NCBI RefSeq assembly: GCF_000164865.1 | Contig: NC_014618.1 | Span: 661,753 to 725,752 of the forward strand | Direction: 5' to 3' | Length of the DNA stretch: 64,000 bases | DNA from: [Enterobacter] lignolyticus SCF1 | GTDB taxonomy: Bacteria > Pseudomonadota > Gammaproteobacteria > Enterobacterales > Enterobacteriaceae | Part shown: one piece after another, positions 54,816 to 63,963 of the stretch | How the letters are laid out: each line of letters starts with the position of its first letter | Position numbering within the stretch: the stretch's first letter is position 1 | Made by a program: the position numbers and the translations under genes | Notes under the pieces: generated by a model | What the model was told of the DNA's origin: nothing | Database searches by the model: none | Seen by the model: the letters and a program-made list of their open reading frames with translations, nothing else

Positions 54816-56689
54816 CCAGTCGCATTGGTAGCCCTGATACACAGGCAGATATTGATGTTCGTATTTGTCTGGATAGCTCGCCACCACGTTCATTTGTCAT
54901 GGTGGCTGGTGCTGGTTCAGGTAAAACAACATCTCTTATTAAAGCCTTGGCACATTTGGCTGATACCCGTGGTTCTGCTTTACGTCGTGCCGGGCAAAAA
55001 ATATCCTGTATAACGTATACAGAAGTAGCTGTTGGTGAGATTGCCGCTGACGTTGGTAACTCACAGTTATTTCATATTTCAACCATTCATAGCTTTCTTT
55101 GGTCGATCATCCGACCTTTTCATTTAGATATCGCAAAGTGGGTCGTAGCGCGAATACATGAAAAAATAGCTGAAAAGCAAGCCCATTATGATAAGCCCAG
55201 AACACAAGCTAAAACAAAATCTCGTCTTGAAGATGAAATTGCCTATCTCTCTGCTCAACTTGAGTGCATTGATGATATTGATAAATTTATCTACGGGACA
55301 GGAAGTAACTATGCTAAGGGTATTCTAGGACACGATGATATTCTTAAACTCGTCCCTGCTTGTGTTGAGGCTCATCCACTTTTGAGAAGGATTGTAGCCA
55401 AGCGCTTTCCATTTGTTTTTGTCGATGAAAGTCAGGATACCGATCCTGATGTGATCTCTGCGCTTCGAACTATTGCTAATGACAATCCTGACATGTGCAT
55501 AGGATTTTTTGGTGATCCGATGCAGAAAATCTATATGAGCGGAGCTGGTGCTATTCCGTTAAGTGATGGGTGGGCTGAAATTACAAAACCAGAGAATTTC
55601 AGATGTCCGACGTCTGTACTTGGTGTTATCAATTCGATTCGAGCTTCTGGGGATGGCCTCCAACAAATTCGTGGCCGAAAAACTATCGTAGATGGTGTTG
55701 AACAGACTGTATTAGGCACAGTGAATCTTTTCATCTTGCCTTCAAATGTGGAACGAAGTGCCTATCTCACATCTGTCAGACGTTACCTTGCAAATGAAAC
55801 TAGCGATGAACAATGGCTAAGTGATACACGCGAAGGTGATGTTCGTCTGCTTGTTTTGGTGCATCGTATGGCAGCTAATCGACTGGGATTCCCTAATTTA
55901 TTTTCTGCCCTTACTGATAAAGCACCGATGAGCTTGAGTGAAGGGGTGAACGATGGGTCAGCTTGGCCGCTTCGCCCATTTGTCCAGCATATCCTTCCAA
56001 TTTTTGCGGCGGCTCAGGCAAACGATCAATTTCAGATTATGTCGATTATGCGTAACGAGTGCCCAAAGCTGGAGCCATCACGACTGCATGGTCAAGCTAT
56101 GGTGGCAGTCTTAAATGAACTACAACAAGGCATCAATGGCCTGCTTGCACTGTTGGAAGATGGATCGCAAGCAACAGTTCGGGATATATTGCGACACGTT
56201 AGAGACTGTGAACTGCTACGTCTTGACGATCGTTTTGATAATCATTTAAGTGATGAACCTGTGAACGATGGTAATGATGACTTCGAAAATGTTCAGAACT
56301 ATCTAAGATGCAATGCCCATGAACTTTGGGCGTACCGACGCTACCTTTCAGAGGAATCACCTTTTGCCACTCATCATGGTGTAAAAGGTGCACAGTTCGA
56401 GCGAGTGTTGGTTGTTATCGATGATGAAGAGGCTCGCTTCAGCCAATATTCGTATGGAAAATATTTTCAATACATTCCCCTATCCGACAATGATCTAGCC
56501 AATCTTGAAGAGGGGAGAGAGTCAGTACTCGACCGTACTCGTCGTCTTTTTTATGTATGTTGCTCCCGTGCACTGAAAGACTTGGCTGTTGTCATCTTTG
56601 TTCCAGATGTCGCCGTCGCTCAAGCGGCAATTATTGCGCAAAATTTATTCCCGGCATCGGTAATTCTAAGGGCGCACGATCTGGTCTAG
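54812..56689 (+). CDS. UvrD/PcrA-like SF1 helicase (Gabija GajB-like partner)
   Basis: 625 aa with a Walker A (VAGAGSGKTTSL), motif II (VFVDESQDT) and C-terminal helicase motifs (YRRYLSEESPFATHHGVKGAQFERVLVV). Its start overlaps the OLD stop (ATGA). Confidence 0.65.
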   Translation: MTSRIGSPDTQADIDVRICLDSSPPRSFVMVAGAGSGKTTSLIKALAHLADTRGSALRRAGQKISCITYTEVAVGEIAADVGNSQLFHISTIHSFLWSIIRPFHLDIAKWVVARIHEKIAEKQAHYDKPRTQAKTKSRLEDEIAYLSAQLECIDDIDKFIYGTGSNYAKGILGHDDILKLVPACVEAHPLLRRIVAKRFPFVFVDESQDTDPDVISALRTIANDNPDMCIGFFGDPMQKIYMSGAGAIPLSDGWAEITKPENFRCPTSVLGVINSIRASGDGLQQIRGRKTIVDGVEQTVLGTVNLFILPSNVERSAYLTSVRRYLANETSDEQWLSDTREGDVRLLVLVHRMAANRLGFPNLFSALTDKAPMSLSEGVNDGSAWPLRPFVQHILPIFAAAQANDQFQIMSIMRNECPKLEPSRLHGQAMVAVLNELQQGINGLLALLEDGSQATVRDILRHVRDCELLRLDDRFDNHLSDEPVNDGNDDFENVQNYLRCNAHELWAYRRYLSEESPFATHHGVKGAQFERVLVVIDDEEARFSQYSYGKYFQYIPLSDNDLANLEEGRESVLDRTRRLFYVCCSRALKDLAVVIFVPDVAVAQAAIIAQNLFPASVILRAHDLV

Positions 56690-56877
56690 CATGAATTTTA
56701 TACGGACAATAATGGGCAACAACTACTACACGCATGACCGGATATAGTGCTGGTTTTGTTAAAAGACACCTGCATTCTAAAATTTTTCAGACATATATCA
56801 TTTTCCTGAACGCAACATCATTACGGCGAATTCCTCAAGGATTCGCCTTTTTTGTTTTATTTGTCTCAGGAGATGTC

Positions 56878-57741
56878 ATGAGAAATCGGGAAGGCCTGCA
56901 GCCGCTGCAGAACTCACTTTCTGGCTTGCCGCAATGGGTTTCTGAACGCATTTTGCACCAGGTAAGCCAGTTAACCAACTATGTGCCAGTGATCGGTATT
57001 ATGGGCAAAACCGGAGTAGGTAAATCATCCCTTTGCAATGCTCTTTTTGCCGATAAGGTGTCACCTGTCAGCGATGTTACTGCCTGCACTCGCGACCCCT
57101 TATGCTTTCGCCTGCAGGTGGGCGAACATGCTATGACTATCGTCGATTTACCTGGTGTCGGAGAAAGTGGTGCACGTGATATTGAATACGCTGCACTTTA
57201 CCGCAAGCAGCTTCCCCGACTCGACCTGATACTGTGGCTGATTAAGGCCGATGACCGAGCGCTGGCGGTGGATGAGCACTTTTATCATCAGGTGATTGGT
57301 GAAGCATACCGGCATAAGGTGTTGTTTGTTATCAGCCAGTCCGACAAGGTTGAACCCGCCTGCGGTGGTGAAAAGCTGTCCACAGAGCAGAAACAAAATA
57401 TCGGCCGCAAAATCTGTCTGCTGCATGAGTTGTTCCAACCTGTAAACCCTGTCTGTGCGGTGTCGATACGTTTGCAGTGGGGGCTGCGGGTGATGACTGA
57501 ACGGATGATTCGGTGCCTGCCACGGGAGGCCAGTAGTCCGGTGGCGGTACAGCTTAGTGCTCCACTTCGTACCGATGCCGTTAATAAAAAAGCACGTGAC
57601 GATTTTGGTGAAACGGTCGGCTCGGTACTGGACACAGTAAGTTCCATGCCCCTGATACCGGCCCCGGTTCGGACAATTATCCAGGCTGTACGCGACATCG
57701 TAGTATCAGTCGCTCGTGCAGTCTGGAATTTCTTCTTCTGA
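56878..57741 (+). CDS. YfjP/YkfA-family small GTPase (prophage CP4-type)
   Basis: 287 aa from the ATG at 56878 (CAGGAG upstream). It has a G1 P-loop (GIMGKTGVGKSSLCNALF) and a G3 (DLPGVGE), in the position of yfjP in the CP4-57 order. Confidence 0.7.
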   Translation: MRNREGLQPLQNSLSGLPQWVSERILHQVSQLTNYVPVIGIMGKTGVGKSSLCNALFADKVSPVSDVTACTRDPLCFRLQVGEHAMTIVDLPGVGESGARDIEYAALYRKQLPRLDLILWLIKADDRALAVDEHFYHQVIGEAYRHKVLFVISQSDKVEPACGGEKLSTEQKQNIGRKICLLHELFQPVNPVCAVSIRLQWGLRVMTERMIRCLPREASSPVAVQLSAPLRTDAVNKKARDDFGETVGSVLDTVSSMPLIPAPVRTIIQAVRDIVVSVARAVWNFFF

Positions 57742-57771
57742 AAATTAACCCTTCTAACCTGTAGTTTCCTG

Positions 57772-57806
57772 AGCCCTGCCGCCATTTTGCGGCAGGGCTT
57801 TTTTGC
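57772..57806 (+). terminator. Rho-independent terminator after the yfjP-like gene
   Basis: AGCCCTGCCGC-cattttg-CGGCAGGGCT followed by TTTTTTGCTTTT. Confidence 0.6.
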
Positions 57807-57836
57807 TTTTATTTATCCATCATGAGGAGTCTGCTT

Positions 57837-58664
57837 ATGACCCGTCTGGCTTCGCGCTTTGGCGCAGCAAACCTTATTCGTCGTGATCGTCCGCTAACCC
57901 GTGAAGAGCTGTATCTCGTGGTACCCAGTGTGTTCAGTGAGGATAAACACGAGTCACGTAGTGAAAAATACACCTACATACCCACCATATCCCTGCTGGA
58001 CAGTCTGCAGCGCGAAGGCTTTCAGCCCTTTTTTGCCTGTCAGACCCGCGTGCGTGACCCAGGGCGTCGTGAGCATACAAAGCATATGCTGCGCCTGCGT
58101 CGGGAGGGGCAAATTACCGGCAAACAGGTGCCGGAAATTATTCTGCTCAACTCCCATGATGGCACCAGCTCATATCAGATGCTGCCGGGGTTATTTCGTG
58201 CGGTGTGTCAGAACGGCCTTGTTTGCGGTGAGTCGTTTGGCGAGGTGCGGGTGCCGCACAAAGGAGATGTGGTGAGTCAGGTGATTGAGGGAGCGTATGA
58301 AGTGCTGGGGATTTTTGACCGTGTGGAAGAGAAGCTGGATGCCATGCAGTCGCTGATGCTGCCGCCACCTGCACAACAGGCTCTGGCACAGGCTGCACTG
58401 ACGTACCGTTTCGGTGAGGACCACCAGCCGGTGACAGCGCCTCAGATACTCTCCCCACGCCGCTGGCAGGATGAGAGTAATGATCTGTGGACCACCTACC
58501 AGCGTATTCAGGAAAACCTGATTAAAGGCGGGCTCACTGGTCGAAGTACAAAAGGTGGGCGAACACATACCCGCGCCGTGCGTGGTATCGACGGCGATGT
58601 GAAGCTTAACCGGGCACTGTGGGTGATGGCGGAAGCCATGCTCAGTGGTTTCCGGCCTGCGTGA
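57837..58664 (+). CDS. YfjQ/DUF932-family protein
   Basis: The sequence is near-identical along its length to E. coli YfjQ as I remember it (MTRLASRFGAANLIRRDRPLTREEL...RVRDPGRREHTKHMLRLRREGQITGKQVPEIILLNSHDGTSSYQ). The ATG at 57837 has GAGGAG upstream. Confidence 0.8.
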   Translation: MTRLASRFGAANLIRRDRPLTREELYLVVPSVFSEDKHESRSEKYTYIPTISLLDSLQREGFQPFFACQTRVRDPGRREHTKHMLRLRREGQITGKQVPEIILLNSHDGTSSYQMLPGLFRAVCQNGLVCGESFGEVRVPHKGDVVSQVIEGAYEVLGIFDRVEEKLDAMQSLMLPPPAQQALAQAALTYRFGEDHQPVTAPQILSPRRWQDESNDLWTTYQRIQENLIKGGLTGRSTKGGRTHTRAVRGIDGDVKLNRALWVMAEAMLSGFRPA

Positions 58665-58890
58665 GTTCACATTTTACCTCTGGCATGGTTATTAAAATGT
58701 GAATAAATGACACACCCTGTCATTTCGGGTGCACAGAACTTGCCGGTTAAATCATCAGAAATCCACGCAGGTCTGATAATCACTGGCTTCATGCGCTTCC
58801 CAAATTAATTCCCGTCGTGGACATATCCTGTCACCCCTCTCCTTTAGAATCTTATTTCTTTCAGTCAGTTAACAATGCGGAGGAACTTCC

Positions 58891-59601
58891 ATGCCACTGA
58901 CAGAGCGCCGCTACGACAGGCTGGCGGTCAGGCTGTCGCTGATTATCAGCCGTCTTGTGGCGGGTGAAACGTTAGAGATGCAAAAACTGGCAACCGAGTT
59001 TGATGTGTCGGTCCGTACCCTGTACCGGGATTTTCGCGAACGACTGATGTATCTGGACCTCGAGTGTCATCAGGGATGCTATCGCCTGCGGACCGGTGCA
59101 GGTCCGCAGGGTGAACTGGATGTGCTGACTTTTGCATACCGGGCCGGGCTGGCCGATATCTTTCCGGGGCTGGACCGGCGTCTGGCGGGCGCACTGCTGG
59201 CATCGGATGGAACCCCTTGCCTGGTGTGGCAGTCACCACAGCCGATAACGGCCACCAGCCCGCTGGTATTTTATCGGCTGGTCAGCGCCATCACCGGCAG
59301 CCAACGTGTATTGCTGCTCGCGGATGGTGAACGTTGTGACGGACTGGCTCCGTACCGTCTGATATTTCTCGACGGCTGCTGGTACCTCACCGGTGAACTT
59401 AACGGGCATATAACCGTGCATCCTCTGGCGACCATCCATGCAGTGACAATCCTGAACACCACTTTTACCCCGCGAAAACGTCTCAGCCAGTTAACCACAC
59501 AGGCGGGCTTTATCCGGGCCCTTCCGCACTTCAGCTGTATTCGCGAAGTCCTGTCACTGGGGCCTTCTGATGAAGAGCCTGGCAGAACTTTGGCTCAATG
59601 A
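58891..59601 (+). CDS. YfjR/YafY-type HTH-WYL transcriptional regulator
   Basis: 236 aa with an N-terminal DeoR-like HTH (LEMQKLATEFDVSVRTLYRDF) and a WYL-like C-terminal domain, in the position of yfjR. Confidence 0.7.
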   Translation: MPLTERRYDRLAVRLSLIISRLVAGETLEMQKLATEFDVSVRTLYRDFRERLMYLDLECHQGCYRLRTGAGPQGELDVLTFAYRAGLADIFPGLDRRLAGALLASDGTPCLVWQSPQPITATSPLVFYRLVSAITGSQRVLLLADGERCDGLAPYRLIFLDGCWYLTGELNGHITVHPLATIHAVTILNTTFTPRKRLSQLTTQAGFIRALPHFSCIREVLSLGPSDEEPGRTLAQ

Positions 59602-59887
59602 CTTATGTTAAGAAGGAAAAACAATGACCTGGCATTACGAGAGAAATGGAATACGTCGCGATAATGTACCTGAAGACGACATCACCGACCTGATTATGCT
59701 CGGTGAACCGACCACTGGCATCTGCTATATAGACAGGAGGTCATCGAACTGAAACTGAATTCATCTCACTGTTAGCATTTGTGTTAATGCATAAAACATA
59801 CTCTCAGCTAACGACCAAATTTAAAGTAGTGGTTACCACAGCCGATACTTACCATCTGATCTTTCTACATTTTCAAAAAGGATACTC

Positions 59888-60757
59888 ATGAAAATATTAT
59901 TTATTGCCCTGACACTTTTTTTAAGCTTTTACGTAAGCGCCTCAACGATGGAAGATGCCGCCAAATGCACAGATAATTGCCCTTATCCAAGGGAACTGTA
60001 CAAGTCTGACAAAAATTTTGCGGCAGAGCTAAACGATAACTTGAAATCTATTGGTATTAAGAATCCACTTTCTCCTGAGGGCTTACTGAACGGTGTTGAA
60101 ACACCAGTAGAACGTTATGGAGATGGTAAAAATTTTATACTGGTAGGTAGTATATGTGGAAGTGATTGTTTCACCAGTTTCAAATTTCTTTTTGATTTAA
60201 ATACACAGAAAATGAAATCAGCCTTGATTGAAAATGGCAAAGTAACTCTTATGGGTAACCCAACTCAAGATATAGTTAATTTTCTGCTTAAAGACGAAAA
60301 TGTGGTTATTCCTAAAGTGCAAACTGCTACTGCAGAGCGCAATGATATTCCTGCTAACACTATTTGGTCATTCAAGGATCCAAATGGGCGTGTGCTGTGG
60401 GATGTATGCGGTGGAAAACAAAGTTCATGTACTATAGTTTTAGCCGCTACTAACAGAGTGGCAGTTGTTAACCGCAAGTCTACCAACGGTTGTGCGCTGG
60501 GCGATTTCTATGTCGTAGCAAAACCAGAAAAGACTTGGAATCAATACGATACAGGAACTTGCAGTAGCAATGCCTACTTCAGTCAAGGCACGATGAATAA
60601 CGGTCAATATCGTACTGTTGATGTCCGTCTTAACGGTGAACTCGTTAAGCGATTTCCTGTAGAGTATTGGTCGTTGGTTAAATCATTTTCTGGTGAAAAT
60701 CGGCCAAAATGGAAAGAAAAAACCACAGGGAAACAATTTTTTGAAACTAATGAGTGA
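59888..60757 (+). CDS. Secreted Cys-rich hypothetical protein (289 aa, low GC)
   Basis: It has a signal peptide (MKILFIALTLFLSFYVSAST) and multiple paired Cys, with no recognisable domain. It lies in the CP4-57 yfjS/yfjT slot. Confidence 0.45.
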   Translation: MKILFIALTLFLSFYVSASTMEDAAKCTDNCPYPRELYKSDKNFAAELNDNLKSIGIKNPLSPEGLLNGVETPVERYGDGKNFILVGSICGSDCFTSFKFLFDLNTQKMKSALIENGKVTLMGNPTQDIVNFLLKDENVVIPKVQTATAERNDIPANTIWSFKDPNGRVLWDVCGGKQSSCTIVLAATNRVAVVNRKSTNGCALGDFYVVAKPEKTWNQYDTGTCSSNAYFSQGTMNNGQYRTVDVRLNGELVKRFPVEYWSLVKSFSGENRPKWKEKTTGKQFFETNE

Positions 60758-61031
60758 GAATTTCTATCATGACAATAGACTGTGATTTACTGATTTAAAA
60801 AATAGATTACCCTCAGTTTAAATTGGCGTAGAAAATAATCAAAAAAGTTCATCTAGTCTGTCATCCTCATGCCCCACAACCAAGTTGGGGGGCATGCCAG
60901 TTAAACTAATAATGTCTATTCAAGTATCATTTTTAGTTTTATTAAAAATTAATAAAACTCATTTTTAAAAATTCTTTTATTACCTATACACCAGCCATCG
61001 TCGCTGGCGTTTTTATTGACGGAGAATATCC

Positions 61032-61490
61032 ATGACGACACAAACGCAATGCGAATTGATGTCCGCTAATGAACCTCAATTTGACCTTACTTCAACACCA
61101 GTACCTGACGAACAGCGTCTCGATTTCTGGCCGCTGTACTTTGGCGATATCCCGCAATGGATATCGCTGGAACCCCGTATTTTCGCCTGGATGGAGCGCT
61201 TTTGTGATGAGTACAGCGGTGGTATCTGGTCCTTTTACACGCTCAGCAGCGGCGGCGCGTTTATGGCCCCTGATGCTGACGGGGACGATAAATGGCATCT
61301 GTTCAACGGCATGAGCGGCAATGGTGCGGAAATGAGCGCGGAAGCCGCAGGTATTGCTGTCTGCCTGATCGAATACAGCCATCACGCTTGTCGCACCGAA
61401 TGCGATGCCATGACGGAGCACTATTACCGCCTGCGGGATTACGCCCTGCAGCACCCTGAATCCAGCGCCATTCTGCGCATTATTGATTAA
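61032..61490 (+). CDS. Antirestriction protein (YfjX/KlcA-ArdB-like family)
   Basis: 152 aa with conserved WPLYFGDIPQWISLEPRIFAWMERFCDEYSGGIWSFYTLSSGGAFMAPD, typical of CP4-type antirestriction proteins. Confidence 0.75.
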   Translation: MTTQTQCELMSANEPQFDLTSTPVPDEQRLDFWPLYFGDIPQWISLEPRIFAWMERFCDEYSGGIWSFYTLSSGGAFMAPDADGDDKWHLFNGMSGNGAEMSAEAAGIAVCLIEYSHHACRTECDAMTEHYYRLRDYALQHPESSAILRIID

Positions 61491-61498
61491 GGATACTC

Positions 61499-61981
61499 AT
61501 GATGGAACAGTCACTTATCCCACAGGCTCCGGCACTTCCATTGACCGCACAGCGCACGGTAAAACGCGCTTTAACGCTGCTTGACCGACACCTGCGAGAA
61601 ACAGGTGTAGCATTCACCTCCACTCAGGCTGCCCGTGACTGGCTGAAACTGAAAATGGCGGGACTGGAGCGCGAAGAGTTTATGGTGCTGTATCTGAACC
61701 AGCAGAACCAGTTGATTGCCCATGAAATCCTGTTTGCCGGTTCTATTAGCAGTACCGAGGTACATCCTCGTGAGGTGGTCAAACGCGCCCTGTACTTCAA
61801 TGCGGCAGCAGTGATACTGGCGCATAACCACCCTTCCGGCGACACCACGCCCAGCCAGGCAGATAAGACCATTACGCAGCGTCTGGTGCAGGCGCTCCAG
61901 CTCATTGATATCCGTGTGCCTGACCACCTTATCGTCGGTGGCTCGCAGATATTGTCGTTCGCCGAACATGGTCTGCTCTGA
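61499..61981 (+). CDS. RadC-like JAB/MPN-domain protein (YfjY family)
   Basis: 160 aa with the JAMM motif HNHPSGDTTPSQAD. Confidence 0.8.
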   Translation: MMEQSLIPQAPALPLTAQRTVKRALTLLDRHLRETGVAFTSTQAARDWLKLKMAGLEREEFMVLYLNQQNQLIAHEILFAGSISSTEVHPREVVKRALYFNAAAVILAHNHPSGDTTPSQADKTITQRLVQALQLIDIRVPDHLIVGGSQILSFAEHGLL

Positions 61982-61989
61982 GGTATTAC

Positions 61990-62211
61990 ATGAAAATTAT
62001 CAGTAAACGCCGGGCGATGACGATTTACCGCCAGTATCCGGCCTCCCGCATTTTTCGATACTGCACCGGCAGATACCAGTGGCACGGCAGTGTCTGTCAT
62101 TACACCGGTCTGGCCGTTCCTGACATTCCCGGCGTGCTGGCTGTATACGCTGAACGCCGCCAGGACCGCGACGGACCTTATGCCTGTCTGATGAGTATCA
62201 CTCTGAACTGA
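61990..62211 (+). CDS. DUF987-family small protein (YpjJ/YeeT-like)
   Basis: 73 aa in the conserved position between radC-like and the cbeA antitoxin. Its sequence (RYQWHGSVCHYTGL) fits the family. Confidence 0.6.
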   Translation: MKIISKRRAMTIYRQYPASRIFRYCTGRYQWHGSVCHYTGLAVPDIPGVLAVYAERRQDRDGPYACLMSITLN

Positions 62212-62229
62212 CAATAAAGGTGGTTATAA

Positions 62230-62547
62230 ATGAGCAACATTACATGGGGCCTGCAGCGGGATACCACGCCGCGTCTGGGAGCCCGTCTGGTACAGGAGGG
62301 CAACCAACTGCATTATCTGGCTGACCGGGCCAGTATCACCGGTAAATTCAGTGACGCCGAATGCCGGAAGCTGGATGAAACATTCCCGCACTTTATCAGC
62401 CAGATGGAATCGATGCTGACCACTGGTGAAATGAATCCTCGCCATGCCCACTGTGTCACCCTGTACCACAACGGTTTTACCTGCGAAGCCGATACCCTTG
62501 GCAGTTGCGGCTACGTATACATCGCTGTTTACCCCATCCAACGATAA
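62230..62547 (+). CDS. cbeA: Type IV antitoxin CbeA/YfjZ/YeeU family
   Basis: 105 aa, near-identical to E. coli YfjZ/YeeU as I remember them ([45 protein letters not shown]...[10 protein letters not shown]). Confidence 0.85.
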   Translation: MSNITWGLQRDTTPRLGARLVQEGNQLHYLADRASITGKFSDAECRKLDETFPHFISQMESMLTTGEMNPRHAHCVTLYHNGFTCEADTLGSCGYVYIAVYPIQR

Positions 62548-62567
62548 CGAATTTCACGAGAGAAAGC

Positions 62568-62909
62568 ATGAAAACTCTACCTGCTATAATTTCGCGGGCG
62601 GCGAAGCCCTGTCTGTCGCCCGTTGCAGTCTGGCAAATGCTACTTACACGCCTGCTGGAAAAACACTATGGTCTGACCCTGAACGATACGCCGTTCTGTG
62701 ATGAAACCGTTATACAGGAACATATCGATGCCGGTATTACGCTGGCTGATGCCGTTAATTTTCTGGTGGAAAAATACGGACTGGTTCGTATCGACAGGAA
62801 TGGATTTATCTGGCAGGAACAATCACCTTATCTTCGGGCCGTTGATATTCTGCGAGCGCGGCAGGCAACTGGCTTATTGCGACAAAGCCGTAACAACGCA
62901 ATACGTTGA
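62568..62909 (+). CDS. cbtA: Type IV toxin CbtA/YpjF/YeeV family (cytoskeleton-targeting)
   Basis: 113 aa from the ATG at 62568 ([43 protein letters not shown]...). This matches the YpjF/YeeV toxins. The upstream extension in the ORF track overlaps cbeA and is unlikely. Confidence 0.85.
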   Translation: MKTLPAIISRAAKPCLSPVAVWQMLLTRLLEKHYGLTLNDTPFCDETVIQEHIDAGITLADAVNFLVEKYGLVRIDRNGFIWQEQSPYLRAVDILRARQATGLLRQSRNNAIR

Positions 62910-62988
62910 ATATTGCGTACAACCTTCCCGAATTACATTCCTGATCTTTCTCCCTTGTTTACTTATTGCATAATGCGCCTGCCATTAC

Positions 62989-63858
62989 TTGGTGGGCGCG
63001 TTTGCTTTTTACGGACAAACTATCATGCAAACAGAAGCTGAAGTATTAACCGAACATAGCGAGCTAATTTACTCGACCAGTATTGAACGCATAGTGACAG
63101 GCCGCGATACAGCACTAAAAAAGATCGAGCAACTCATCCAACAACTTGATGCCATCTCACGGTTAACCTCAGAAATTGGCGGGGGTACAGCGCAAGACTG
63201 GGCGATGAAGGCCGGGCACCGTTACGATAGCTGGATGACCGAAAAGGTAGATAAAGCGCTGCCTGCCGTCACCCGCAATATTGACTGTAGTATCTGGCGA
63301 GACTTGATGTTGAAGTCTGGCATGATGGCCTTGATGGATGCTCAGGCCCGTGACCAGTGGCATAAGAACCTGGAGGAGGGGGAGCTACCCGCCATTAGCG
63401 AGGCGAATATCCTCAGTACTTTTGAGCAGCTACATCTGAACAAAATGGATGTATTTGAGCGTGGCATTATCAATGTCTTCAAAGGGCTGTCGTGGGATTA
63501 CAAAACCAATAGTCCCTGCAGCTTTGGTAAAAAGATCATCGTCAACAATTTGGTGACGCATAACCGCTGGGGATTTAGTTTGAATTGGGGTTGGCGTAGG
63601 GATCAACTGGCGGATCTGGAGCGAATGCTATTTCTGCTGGATGGTAAACCGATACCCGAAAACCGTGGCGATGTTACTACACGGTTGATGGAGCATATTC
63701 GGGACAACCCTTCGAAGGATGTCTACGAAGATGATTTTTTCAGTATCCGTTATTTTCAGAAAGGAACCGCGCACATCACTTTTAAGCGGTACGATCTGAC
63801 AGAAAAGATGAATGATATTGTGGCGAAGCACTATCCGGGGATGCTGGCAGCGAGATGA
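62989..63858 (+). CDS. DUF4942-like protein conserved downstream of cbtA in CP4-type islands
   Basis: About 277-289 aa. The start is ambiguous: 62989, or 63025 at MQTEAEV. The position and size match the yeeW/ykfB-type genes. Confidence 0.45.
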   Translation: MVGAFAFYGQTIMQTEAEVLTEHSELIYSTSIERIVTGRDTALKKIEQLIQQLDAISRLTSEIGGGTAQDWAMKAGHRYDSWMTEKVDKALPAVTRNIDCSIWRDLMLKSGMMALMDAQARDQWHKNLEEGELPAISEANILSTFEQLHLNKMDVFERGIINVFKGLSWDYKTNSPCSFGKKIIVNNLVTHNRWGFSLNWGWRRDQLADLERMLFLLDGKPIPENRGDVTTRLMEHIRDNPSKDVYEDDFFSIRYFQKGTAHITFKRYDLTEKMNDIVAKHYPGMLAAR

Positions 63859-63879
63859 AGAGGGCAGGGAGGCAATTCC

Positions 63880-63963
63880 TTACCTGACCCATTACCTAAC
63901 CCATTACCTAACCCATTACCTAACCCATTACCTAACCCATTACCTGACCCATTACCTGACCCA
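63880..63963. repeat. Seven tandem copies of the 12-bp unit TTACCTRACCCA
   Basis: The array is TTACCTGACCCA x1, TTACCTAACCCA x4, TTACCTGACCCA x2, directly after the DUF4942 gene. It is the same motif as next to int (36106-36151) and at 41433-41444. Confidence 0.9.

Noticed and set aside
52494-56689. PARIS (AriA/AriB) or Septu instead of Gabija-like
   Set aside because: The second gene is clearly an SF1 UvrD-type helicase (GSGKT, DESQD, VKGAQFERV), not a DUF4435 TOPRIM protein or a PtuB HNH nuclease. An OLD plus UvrD pairing is Gabija or class 2 OLD-like.
63880-63963. CRISPR array
   Set aside because: The 12-bp units are directly abutting with no spacers, and there are no cas genes. This is a tandem motif array.
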